A stretch of DNA of 64,000 nucleotides from positions 64,001 to 128,000 of the forward strand of contig JBHJGN010000031.1 of the NCBI GenBank assembly GCA_050331735.1, given 5' to 3'. Under the pieces are notes generated by a model. The model worked only from the letters and a program-made list of their open reading frames with translations, was not told the DNA's origin and searched no databases. Each line of letters begins with the position of its first letter. Positions within the stretch are counted from its first letter, which is position 1. Made by a program: the position numbers and the translations under genes. Of the stretch, positions 31,777-40,531 are shown in pieces. Source of the DNA: Cyanophyceae cyanobacterium (GTDB taxonomy: Bacteria > Cyanobacteriota > Cyanobacteriia > Cyanobacteriales > JBHJGN01).

Positions 31777-32931
31777 ATGCGTAAAATTATCTTGATCATC
31801 GAAGATGATGAACAAGTTCGGGACAATATTGAAGATATTCTCTTGTTAGAAGATTTTGAGGTTGTGACAGCAGAAAATGGAGCAGTTGGCCTGCGGTTGG
31901 TCAAAGAAACCAGGCCCGATTTGATTCTTTGTGATGTCATGATGCCAGAGCTAGACGGATTTGGTGTTTTAGCACAGCTACAGCAGGATGAAGACATTGC
32001 TACCATTCCGCTCATTTTTTTAACCGCTAAAGCCGATCGCCTGGATATTCGCCAAGGCATGGAGCTTGGAGCAGACGATTATATTACCAAGCCCTTTACT
32101 CATAAAGATCTGCTGAAGGCGATCACCACTCGGTTAGAGAAACGGGCTACTATCGTCAAAAAGAATCAGCAGCAGCTCAGCGAGTTACGATTTAGCATCA
32201 CTCATTCTCTTCCCCACGAACTCCGTACGCCGCTCAATGGAATTATGGGGTTCACAGAACTGCTGCTTTATGAGGACGAGCTAGAGCGCGAAGAGATTCA
32301 GGAAATGGCGCAGTCGATTAAAGCTTCCGCCGCTCGCCTGTACAGACTGATTCAGAACTTTCTGCTGTACGCTAACCTAGAAATCATCGCTGCCGCTCCC
32401 GAGCAACTAGCTCAGCTCCGTCAGGCCAGCACTAATTCTGTGCTCGAGCTCCTGAGCGAGCCAGCCTACCAACTGACTCAGGACCATCATCGAGAAGCCG
32501 ATCTCCAGCTCGAGCTTCAGGATGCCGCTATTCAAATGAGTGCCGACCATCTCCAAAAAGTGATGCAAGAATTGCTCGATAACGCTATTAAATTTTCGCA
32601 ACCAGGAACGCCGATTAGGGTTGCCAGCTACCTTGATACGCAATATACCCTCAGCATCAGCGATCACGGCAAGGGGATGCGGCCCGAGCAAATTGCTCAA
32701 GTCGGAGCATATATGCAGTTCGAGCGGAAAATTTACGAGCAGCAAGGCTCTGGATTAGGCTTAGCGATCGCTCAGCGCCTAGTCGAACTCTACAAGGGTC
32801 AATTGACCATCAACAGTACTCCCGACCAGGGAACAACGGTAGCAGTGACTCTCCCCCTCAAAAAGAATTGTTCCTCCGCAAGAGGAAAGGGACACCTGTC
32901 CCTCCAGGACGGGAAAAGAACACAGGGTTAG
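31777..32931 (+). CDS. Hybrid REC-histidine kinase
   Basis: REC (IIEDD, DLILCDVMMP), PHELRTPL, ELLDNAIKFS, DHGKG, GSGLGL; the last ~20 codons lie in a family A repeat. Confidence 0.92.
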   Translation: MRKIILIIEDDEQVRDNIEDILLLEDFEVVTAENGAVGLRLVKETRPDLILCDVMMPELDGFGVLAQLQQDEDIATIPLIFLTAKADRLDIRQGMELGADDYITKPFTHKDLLKAITTRLEKRATIVKKNQQQLSELRFSITHSLPHELRTPLNGIMGFTELLLYEDELEREEIQEMAQSIKASAARLYRLIQNFLLYANLEIIAAAPEQLAQLRQASTNSVLELLSEPAYQLTQDHHREADLQLELQDAAIQMSADHLQKVMQELLDNAIKFSQPGTPIRVASYLDTQYTLSISDHGKGMRPEQIAQVGAYMQFERKIYEQQGSGLGLAIAQRLVELYKGQLTINSTPDQGTTVAVTLPLKKNCSSARGKGHLSLQDGKRTQG

Positions 32932-33003
32932 GGAATAAGCTAGTTCATTTTCCCCCTTTCCCTTTCCCCGCAGCTTCGCTGCCTTCCCCGCGCCTGCGGC
33001 ACT
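32867..33003. repeat. Family A repeat, copy 2
   Basis: TGTCCCTCCAGGACGGGAAAAGAACACAG...TTCCCCGCAGCTTCGCTGCCTTCCCCGCGCCTGCGGCAC. Confidence 0.78.
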
Positions 33004-33008
33004 GACTC

Positions 33009-33052
33009 TGTTACATTAGTTACATACACTCATCGGCTTTTCCCGTTACTCT
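33009..33052 (+). promoter_or_regulatory. NtcA-type activated promoter
   Basis: TGTT-N8-TACA (tGTTacattagtTACa, 33009-33024), then 23 nt after the TAC a TAN3T -10 box (TACTCT, 33047-33052). Confidence 0.6.
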
Positions 33053-33058
33053 TAGGAA

Positions 33059-33166
33059 CAGAATAGTAGCGACTTCCAGAACCGGAAGCTGGCAGAGATC
33101 CCTTGATCGTGCTGCTTAGTTACTATCCTCCGATTGCTGAATAGGTCGCCCAACTGGGCGGCTTTT
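33059..33166 (+). ncRNA. nsiR4: Probable nitrogen-stress-induced sRNA NsiR4 (long form)
   Basis: Contains CCTCCGATTGC followed by terminator GGTCGCCC-AACT-GGGCGGC-TTTT, matching the NsiR4 core as I recall it; NtcA-like promoter upstream; 5' end estimated. Confidence 0.7.
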
Positions 33167-33428
33167 CGTGTTCGCAGTCTATCCCTACAGCAGAAGACAG
33201 AAGTTACCGGATTCCTGAGACCTTACCCTTGCCAACGGTTACCAAGGCAGCCGAAGACCAGAAGCTCCGGATTTCGGTCTCTTCAGTGCCAAGGTTTGCT
33301 GCTAGCCTAAAAAAGTGGCCGAAAGTACAGTTTGCTGTAAATAAACTGCTACAATAAAAGTGAGGTATATTTTATCTGGTTTCGTTTTTTCAGACTACCT
33401 CTCTATTGAGTTCATCGCTTAAATATTT

Positions 33429-33611
33429 ATGGAATCAAGTGCCCCGTCAGGCAATGCTGCTGAACCTCCGAGTCATAGATGGGCAAGCATACTGGGAACC
33501 ATCATTGCAGTAATGACGCTCACGTTGCCAATGCTAGCCATTGCAAATTACTCGGATAGCAACGTCGATTCTCTGCCGCGAACTCCATATTCTTTATCCA
33601 GGAGAAATTGA
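33429..33611 (+). CDS. Small single-TM hypothetical protein
   Basis: ATG start; one hydrophobic helix ILGTIIAVMTLTLPMLAIANYS; TACAAT -10-like box upstream. Confidence 0.65.
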   Translation: MESSAPSGNAAEPPSHRWASILGTIIAVMTLTLPMLAIANYSDSNVDSLPRTPYSLSRRN

Positions 33612-33883
33612 AGCACTCAAGCAGCATTCTGCCCAGTAATGGGGAAAAGAAACCGAGAACGGATACTTGAGCTGTTAGCTGTGCTCGAGCCTTGGCATCA
33701 CCATCTTGGTATTGCGAGTAGTCAGGGCTTTGAGCAAAAACACTTGACTCCTAGCCAAGATCGGCTAGATAGTAGTAAAGTCTGTTTGAGCTTGACGAAC
33801 GTCAGACTGCACGGTTGCAGAAACTACTTTCGGCACACCGCTCAGTAAGCTCAATCTCACTCAACTACTGATGGAGGAACTTC

Positions 33884-34396
33884 GTGGATTTATCGAGCAT
33901 TCCGGCTCAACCCAAGCCCGGTCTCGTCAACCTGCTGATCGAAATTCCAGCAGGCAGCAAAAACAAGTATGAGTTTGACAAAGACCTCAACGCCTTTGCC
34001 CTGGATCGGGTTCTCTATGCGTCTGTCAAATATCCGTATGATTATGGGTTTATTCCTAACACGTTAGCTGACGATGGCGATCCTTTAGACGGGATGGTAA
34101 TCATGGATCAGCCAACGTTCCCCGGATGCGTGATTACCGCACGACCCATCGGCATGCTCGAAATGATCGATGGTGGTGATCGCGATGAAAAGTTACTGTG
34201 TGTTCCCGACAAAGACCCCCGCTATGTGCAGGTTAAAACCCTAGAAGATGTTGCTCAACACAGACTAGACGAGATTGCCGAATTTTTCAGAACCTATAAA
34301 AATCTGGAAAAGAAGGTTACAGAAATCCTAGGCTGGAAAGACATTGATAGCGTTAATCCTCTCGTTGAGGAATGCATTGAAGCCTTTAACAAGTAA
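33884..34396 (+). CDS. ppa: Inorganic pyrophosphatase (family I)
   Basis: [53 protein letters not shown] before GTG. Confidence 0.97.
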   Translation: MDLSSIPAQPKPGLVNLLIEIPAGSKNKYEFDKDLNAFALDRVLYASVKYPYDYGFIPNTLADDGDPLDGMVIMDQPTFPGCVITARPIGMLEMIDGGDRDEKLLCVPDKDPRYVQVKTLEDVAQHRLDEIAEFFRTYKNLEKKVTEILGWKDIDSVNPLVEECIEAFNK

Positions 34397-34436
34397 ATAA
34401 TAGGCCAAGGATGCTTGGTTTCGATCGCGGCTAGTT

Positions 34437-34488
34437 GGTCAACCACAAGCCCTGTCTCACAACAGGGTAGTAGGTGACCTTTTTTTTT
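34437..34488 (+). terminator. Probable intrinsic terminator after ppa
   Basis: CCCTGT/ACAGGG inner stem, GGTCA/TGACC outer pairing, then a T9 run. Confidence 0.55.
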
Positions 34489-34557
34489 CGTCAGGTTAAG
34501 TGGGAAGGCTCAGCCAAGATAATGTCACAATAGAGGAGCGTTTATACTATCTAGACT

Positions 34558-34920
34558 ATGCTAGTTAAATCTACTACTCGTCATATTCGTCTTTACACCG
34601 CCGAGGTTAAAAATAACGAACTCGTCCCCAGCGACAACATTCTGACGTTGGATGTCGATCCCGACAATGAATTTAACTGGAGCGAAGAAGCCCTGCAAAA
34701 AGTTTACCGCCAGTTTGATGACTTAGTGGAATCCTACAGCGGTCAGGATTTGACAGACTATAACCTCCGCCGGATTGGCTCGGACTTAGAACACCTCATT
34801 CGGGGGCTATTGCAGAGCGGGCAAATTAGCTACAATCTTAGTGGTAGAGTCTTAAACTACAGCATGGGCCTACCGCGAGTTGAAAGCCCAGAGACCGAAG
34901 GAAAATACGAAATTAAGTAA
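34558..34920 (+). CDS. ndhM: NDH-1 complex subunit M
   Basis: [15 protein letters not shown]...[13 protein letters not shown]...[11 protein letters not shown]...LNYSMGLP. Confidence 0.95.
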   Translation: MLVKSTTRHIRLYTAEVKNNELVPSDNILTLDVDPDNEFNWSEEALQKVYRQFDDLVESYSGQDLTDYNLRRIGSDLEHLIRGLLQSGQISYNLSGRVLNYSMGLPRVESPETEGKYEIK

Positions 34921-34940
34921 ACCTTATTACCTGTTGAACC

Positions 34941-35171
34941 TTGCCACAGTCAAGTCCTTGGAGCTATAAACCCTGGTGGTGTCAGCCTTGGTCCATTTTG
35001 CTGACTGGCACGACTATCATTGGCGGTACTTGGATAGTGACCCAGACTCTATGGGCAACTATCCTCGTGGCTTTTCCAGTTTTAGCCTGGTGGAGCTACT
35101 TTTTAATTCTCTGGCCACGACAGTTCAAGGCGTTATCCCCGTTTCCTGAACCGTCTTCATCAGATTCATAG
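34941..35171 (+). CDS. Small conserved cyanobacterial membrane protein (DUF6737-like)
   Basis: SPWSYKPWWCQPWSILLTG followed by two hydrophobic segments. Confidence 0.75.
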   Translation: MPQSSPWSYKPWWCQPWSILLTGTTIIGGTWIVTQTLWATILVAFPVLAWWSYFLILWPRQFKALSPFPEPSSSDS

Positions 35172-35297
35172 ATCAAGAGGCGTTGTGCTAAAACTAAACA
35201 ACATTGATGGGTCTTTATGGAGAGAAGTTAAGCAGTGCGCCCGACGTTTCGAGAAGAAATCGGCGACAACGCAGGGTCCGGTTGGAGTTAGGTTGGC

Positions 35298-37106
35298 ATG
35301 CAGAAAGCGGCAACAATTCAATGTTCAAATGTTCACTGTCAGGCTGCCAACCTCCTGAGTCACCAATTGTGCCATCGATGCAATACGCCGATTGTGAAAC
35401 GGTATTTATGGGCTATTGAGGTGGCGGAGGAAAAGCCTGTCGGAGAGCTGATTAGCGATCGCTATTTGCTCAAGCAGACTCAACTGGTTCTCGATACTAA
35501 ACCCGGTTTAACGCCTCAGCTCCCGTCTGAGATTCCAGAAAGCTTAGTCCCCTATCTACGGCTGTTTCCCTACCGTCTTCACGTTCCGACCGTTTACGGA
35601 GCGCTCGGTGCTGAAGCCAATTCTGGTTGGCTGTTAACCTATCGGTCTACCGTCACCGACTTAGACGAGCTGCTGCTGCCCCCCTTGGCTCAGGCATGGC
35701 CAGAAGCCGCAGCGCTTCGGCAGCTTAACTGGCTGTGGCAGATGGCAGCCCTGTGGCAGCCGCTTCACAGCGAAGGGGTAGCCTCCAGCTTATTAGCGCC
35801 TGCCTTAATCAGAGCCAATCGCGGCATTGTGCAGCTCCTTCAGCTTCGGCAAGATGAGCAGCCACCCACACTCAAGCAGCTTGGTCAACTTTGGTTAAAG
35901 TGGCTTGACGATACCGCCACTGCCCTGCAACCGTTTCTACAGAAGCTTTGCCAGCATCTCATCAGTAAAGCTATTCAGCAGCCGGAGCAACTGCTGGCGA
36001 CCTTAGAGCAGGGACTGCGGCAGGGCGATCGCCCTCAACGCACCTATTGTATTTTTACCGCAACAGAAACGGGACCAAGCCGCGACCACAACGAGGATGC
36101 CTGCTTTCCTCTCGCTGGTCAGACGATTCATCCGGCTCGTGAGGACGAGACTTTAACGATTGTGTGTGACGGACTGGGAGGACAAGAAGGCGGGGAAATA
36201 GCGGCTCAACTGGCCGTCGAGGATTTAGTTGAGCAGATAGCAATTAGTCCCGAGGATGACTCGAACAAGCTTATTGCCGCGATCGAACGCGCGATCGTCA
36301 GCGCCAACAACGTTATCGCTCAGCGCAATGACCGAGAACAGCGTCATGAGAGCCAGCGTATGGGCACAACCCTCACCCTGGCGATCGCCCATTCTCCGTA
36401 TTTATATTTTTCCCACGTTGGCGATTCGCGGATTTATTTTATCCATGCGGGGGGGTGTCATCAAGTGACGGTAGATGACGATGTGGCCTCTAGAGAAGTG
36501 AGGCGTGGCTACGCGATCTACCAAGACGCTGTGCAGTCTCTCAACGCCGGCGCTCTCTACCAGGCACTGGGAATTTACCCTTCAGATTTCCTCCAGCCGA
36601 TGGTCCAGCGCTTGGTGTTAGACGAAGACTGCGTGTTTCTGCTCTGTTCCGATGGCTTAAGCGACAACGAGCTTGTCGAGCAATACTGGGAGGAAATGCT
36701 TCCCATTGTGCAACAGCAGGCCTCGGTAGAGCAAGTCGGCGAGCGGCTTGTAAAAATTGCCAATCAGCTTAACGGTCACGATAATATTACCGTGGCTCTG
36801 CTCTATTGTCAGGTAGCTCCCGCTGCTGGACCAGCCACTCCCATTAAATTTTCTCTGGTTTCTCCGCCCCCTGCCGCTCAAGACTCAGCTTTACCTGAGC
36901 CAGCGACAGAAGCTGATAGCACGACTCTAGCCGCTTCTCTGCCTCCCCAACGGCCTTTCCGTTACTGGTTACTCTTAATGGTCGTTGCTGTCCTAGGACT
37001 AGGAGCCGTTGCTTACTGGTTGTTTTCAGAGCCACTGCGAGAACGGTTCGATCAGCGCCAAGAAAGGCTTTCTCAGTCAACAATCGCAACTCGTACAAAG
37101 GTTTGA
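35298..37106 (+). CDS. PP2C-family Ser/Thr phosphatase with N-terminal Zn-ribbon and degenerate kinase-like region, C-terminal TM
   Basis: CSNVHC..CHRC; RDHNEDA, VCDGLGG, MGTT, HVGDSR, LCSDGL, GHDNIT. Confidence 0.92.
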   Translation: MQKAATIQCSNVHCQAANLLSHQLCHRCNTPIVKRYLWAIEVAEEKPVGELISDRYLLKQTQLVLDTKPGLTPQLPSEIPESLVPYLRLFPYRLHVPTVYGALGAEANSGWLLTYRSTVTDLDELLLPPLAQAWPEAAALRQLNWLWQMAALWQPLHSEGVASSLLAPALIRANRGIVQLLQLRQDEQPPTLKQLGQLWLKWLDDTATALQPFLQKLCQHLISKAIQQPEQLLATLEQGLRQGDRPQRTYCIFTATETGPSRDHNEDACFPLAGQTIHPAREDETLTIVCDGLGGQEGGEIAAQLAVEDLVEQIAISPEDDSNKLIAAIERAIVSANNVIAQRNDREQRHESQRMGTTLTLAIAHSPYLYFSHVGDSRIYFIHAGGCHQVTVDDDVASREVRRGYAIYQDAVQSLNAGALYQALGIYPSDFLQPMVQRLVLDEDCVFLLCSDGLSDNELVEQYWEEMLPIVQQQASVEQVGERLVKIANQLNGHDNITVALLYCQVAPAAGPATPIKFSLVSPPPAAQDSALPEPATEADSTTLAASLPPQRPFRYWLLLMVVAVLGLGAVAYWLFSEPLRERFDQRQERLSQSTIATRTKV

Positions 37107-37286
37107 CGAATTCCGTTGATAGATTGTGGTAATAAAGCTTTCTTGATCTTGGCGCTCAAAAGCTAACCGTAGCCCCAAATCCATTAGAACAATGCCACTA
37201 GTTCGGTGCATCTAGATTAGTGCCCAGCGACGGGAGCGTAACCACACAGGCAGATGTACTGGAGTCATTGTTCATTTTTTACGGGT

Positions 37287-39038
37287 CTAAAGCAATCCCT
37301 CGGATTTAAGCTGATTGAGAGAAAAGCTGAGTTTCTTCTCGGTCTGCTGTAGGGGTAAACACTGACGGGCTGCTTCCTGTCGCTGGAGCAAATCACCCTC
37401 CGTTGGCTGAGTCTGACAACCACGCTGGACGAGGCGCTGATGAACTTTTTCTTGCCAGAGTCTCTCTCCATCCTTCATCGCTGCAATATCGGCGGTTGGC
37501 ACTTTTACCCGCAGCTTCAGCGGGATGCCTGCCTCCTGCTTATTCTGATAGCCCGGATTAATCAGAAGACACTGACCTGTCGGAAACTTGAGTAAATCTT
37601 CCGGCGCACACAGCTTACGGATCTTTTCCTGTTCGGCCATACTAGTGTTGCTTTTTCCGGCACTTCTGCCTTTGGTTTTCTGATGCGTCTGCAACTCTTC
37701 ATCTCCTAAAAAATCAGAAAATAGCTTTGCTGACTCGTATTCTTGGGGATTAAAAATGGCTTTGCTACCGCAGCCGCCTAAAATCGCACGAGCGATTTCT
37801 CTACCGTAGGTTTTTTCTAGCTGGTTAAGATTCTGAAACCCTAGAATACTGACTAAGCCATCTTCTCGATTTTCATTGAGCCACTGAACGAGGGCAGGCA
37901 GATACAGAGTCGGTAACTCATCAAGCGCTAGCACCAGCGGGTCTTGGCGCGGCTGGCTCACGTTGCGGTTAACGAGCATGTGCAGAATACTGGCGCACAG
38001 CGGACCAACTACATCCCGCCGCTGTCGGTCCATGCCTACAATGAGTAGCTGCTTGCCTGCTAAATCTAGGGGCAGGGTGGTCTCCCCACAAAAGGCTCCC
38101 AGAATGCTTGGCTTAGCGAAGCGGGTAAAGGCGTTGTTCGCCGTAGCAATGATGCTGGCAACGGTTTTTTCAGAATCGGCAACCGACAGCAGTTGACCAA
38201 AGCTAGCCAGCACCCAAGGATTTAGTTCGCCAAGCTTTTCTGCGTTGCGCAAGCGCGCTGTCAGACTATCTAAAGACAGCAGCGCCTGACACATTAAGAT
38301 ATCGGGGTAGGGAGTGCTTTTTGCCAACAGAAACACGGCTTCAGTAAGCTGATCTCCGGCCATTGTAAAGAACGGATCGTCACTGCCTTGGGTCATCAGC
38401 TTGAAATTTTGATTGAGCACTTCGGCAATCTGACGGGCCATCTCGGCATCGGTCGGACTGCGGAGAAAATCGAGTGGGTTGCAGACGGCAGATTCCGGAA
38501 AGCCAGGAGCAAAGATGTGCAGTTTGTATCCGGCTTTAAGGGCGTAAGCGGCTAAACGCGAAGTTTGGGTCGGGTATTTGAAGTCATAGAGAATAATCGG
38601 AAAGCCGCGATCGACAGCAGAACGCAGCACGGGATCGATGATGCTAAAGGTTTTACCAGACCCAGGACCACCGCAGACGGCTAAACCTCGCTGCAAATCC
38701 GGTAAATAAAGGGTTTGCTTTGATGGCGATGTCTGCGGACGGCCAACATAGAGAGAGACAGCGTTGCGGCGATTTTCCCGAATTTGAGCGCAAGCCAAAC
38801 GGCGAGCCGCCGCTGTTTCCGGCTTGCCGCCAAAATGAGCGTTGGCCTGCTTTTGGCGACGACGGCGATCGCCAAGGACAGAGAGACTCCCCAAACCAAT
38901 CAGACAGGCTAGCAGAATCAGACTATTGCTATTCAATAGCTCTTGGAAATTATCGGGGACTGGCAGCTCAACAGCTTGAGCTAAATGCCCACTGTTGGGC
39001 ATCTCTATTCTCGAGTTCTCCTCGACATTTCTAACCAT
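37287..39038 (-). CDS. virD4: Type IV coupling protein (VirD4/TraG/TraD-like)
   Basis: N-terminal TM; Walker A GGPGSGKT, YDFK, Walker B LDELP, GFQNLNQLEKTYG, FSDFLGDEE. Confidence 0.9.
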   Translation of the reverse strand: MVRNVEENSRIEMPNSGHLAQAVELPVPDNFQELLNSNSLILLACLIGLGSLSVLGDRRRRQKQANAHFGGKPETAAARRLACAQIRENRRNAVSLYVGRPQTSPSKQTLYLPDLQRGLAVCGGPGSGKTFSIIDPVLRSAVDRGFPIILYDFKYPTQTSRLAAYALKAGYKLHIFAPGFPESAVCNPLDFLRSPTDAEMARQIAEVLNQNFKLMTQGSDDPFFTMAGDQLTEAVFLLAKSTPYPDILMCQALLSLDSLTARLRNAEKLGELNPWVLASFGQLLSVADSEKTVASIIATANNAFTRFAKPSILGAFCGETTLPLDLAGKQLLIVGMDRQRRDVVGPLCASILHMLVNRNVSQPRQDPLVLALDELPTLYLPALVQWLNENREDGLVSILGFQNLNQLEKTYGREIARAILGGCGSKAIFNPQEYESAKLFSDFLGDEELQTHQKTKGRSAGKSNTSMAEQEKIRKLCAPEDLLKFPTGQCLLINPGYQNKQEAGIPLKLRVKVPTADIAAMKDGERLWQEKVHQRLVQRGCQTQPTEGDLLQRQEAARQCLPLQQTEKKLSFSLNQLKSEGLL

Positions 39039-39547
39039 GCAATTATGCGATCGCTTTCAACAAAGAGTTGTTTCTGCAAGCAAGTAATACCAAGCTATCT
39101 AGTGCTTGATCTTATTAATCGTTGTTGAAGACTATTTGGCTCATCTTCATAGTAAGTTTACGTCTGGCAACAATCTTTACGTACTCTTCAAACTATTCAT
39201 CAAACAGTACAGTAAACATTATTTAGTGGCAATGCTCAACTTTTTTCTAACACAGCAAGCCAAAATTGCCAATTTACAATAACTTTAAAAAATTGCGGAA
39301 ACCACGGAAATCTATAGATTCAGCATGGTTAATCTGCCTTGTTTAAGTAAAAACCAGCAGAAAAGTGTATAGCTAGCTGGCAGAATCGTTTTTTATGGAT
39401 TAATATTGACCTGCAAATAAAAGTTGTCTGTCCTGCTCGACTCCTCAAAAATGTTGTATTAGACAACAAAACTAACAGATTTTTATTAACAGCAAGCTTG
39501 ATTTAATTCAAGCGGCAAAAACTGCCTAGCCGTTTATCAACAGAACA

Positions 39548-40147
39548 ATGAAAAAAATCTCAAATGCACTCAGTAAATTCAAACAGCTTCGACTGACCAA
39601 ATACCAGCTTTGGCTCTGTGCGGCTCTTGTCGCCTGTGTCTATCTGTTAATTAACCACGCTACTGCCTTTACCTATTTAGGAGTTCCGCTCGCGTTAGGA
39701 ATTTTGATGTGGAAAGACCTGTGGCGGCAGACCGCTAAAGCCGTTGGTCCGGGGGGTAAATATATCCCAGAAATCGTTGCAGCCGTTGCGGCGATCGCTC
39801 TAATTTGGGGAGTGGGGATCGCTGAACCAGTGGGAGCGCAATTTTACCAGGATGCTCAAAACTTCTTTTGTGAGGAGCTAGTGGCTGGTACAGGTTCAGA
39901 CACCGAGAACGTGAAACGAGGCATTTCTGTCACCTTCAATGCGCTACGAGCCTTCTTCCTGATTTACATTGCCGTCTCCCTGATTCGAGTTGTCAATGCG
40001 GTGCGAGAAGATGAAGATTGGCAGACGATGGCGAGAACGCCAATTCTGGCCACTCTCATTGTCACAGTCGGAGATTTGCTCACCAACTTCTTTATCTCTG
40101 GCGACCCCAGCGACGGTGCCTGTGACACGGGCGGTAGTGGAGGATAA
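39548..40147 (+). CDS. T4SS pilin-like membrane protein (VirB2-like, cyanobacterial type)
   Basis: Leader ending AEPVGA-QF, then two hydrophobic helices around FNALRAFFLIYIAVSLIRVVNAVREDEDWQTMARTP; first gene of the operon. Confidence 0.65.
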   Translation: MKKISNALSKFKQLRLTKYQLWLCAALVACVYLLINHATAFTYLGVPLALGILMWKDLWRQTAKAVGPGGKYIPEIVAAVAAIALIWGVGIAEPVGAQFYQDAQNFFCEELVAGTGSDTENVKRGISVTFNALRAFFLIYIAVSLIRVVNAVREDEDWQTMARTPILATLIVTVGDLLTNFFISGDPSDGACDTGGSGG

Positions 40148-40162
40148 GCTTTAGTCACTGCT

Positions 40163-40531
40163 ATGCCTTCAGAGCGCTCTCAACCGATTAAAGTTAACCG
40201 CATTCTTGGAACTCAACCTCGTCTCGGACCTCTCCCTGCCGATCAAGTTCTGCCTTGGTCTCTATTCACTCTATTTTCCTACTTCATCTGTCAGGGATAC
40301 TACGACTTCGGCTGGCTGCCCATGGTGTTGCTAGATGGATGGCTCATTTCCACCTGGTGGATTCTCACTGGAGAGAGAAGCTGGCGTTTCCTGTCTAAGA
40401 TCTATCCTCCGGTTCCTCGGTGGGAGCGAGGTTGCCCCAAATACCACAGTTTTTTAGAAGATCACCGCTCATGGCACAAACCAAGAAGAAACTCGGCAAA
40501 AAGAGGGTCGGTTTCAAGAAGAACAAAGTAA
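40163..40531 (+). CDS. T4SS VirB3-like small membrane protein
   Basis: VNRILGTQPRLGPLPADQVLPW, two TMs, TWWILTGERSWRFLSK; directly precedes and overlaps the VirB4-like gene. Confidence 0.65.
   Translation: MPSERSQPIKVNRILGTQPRLGPLPADQVLPWSLFTLFSYFICQGYYDFGWLPMVLLDGWLISTWWILTGERSWRFLSKIYPPVPRWERGCPKYHSFLEDHRSWHKPRRNSAKRGSVSRRTK

Noticed and set aside
33010..33026. HLR1 (RpaB) site GTTACATT-A-GTTACATA
   Set aside because: Repeat period is 9 nt rather than 10; an NtcA-type site fits the spacing to the -10 box better
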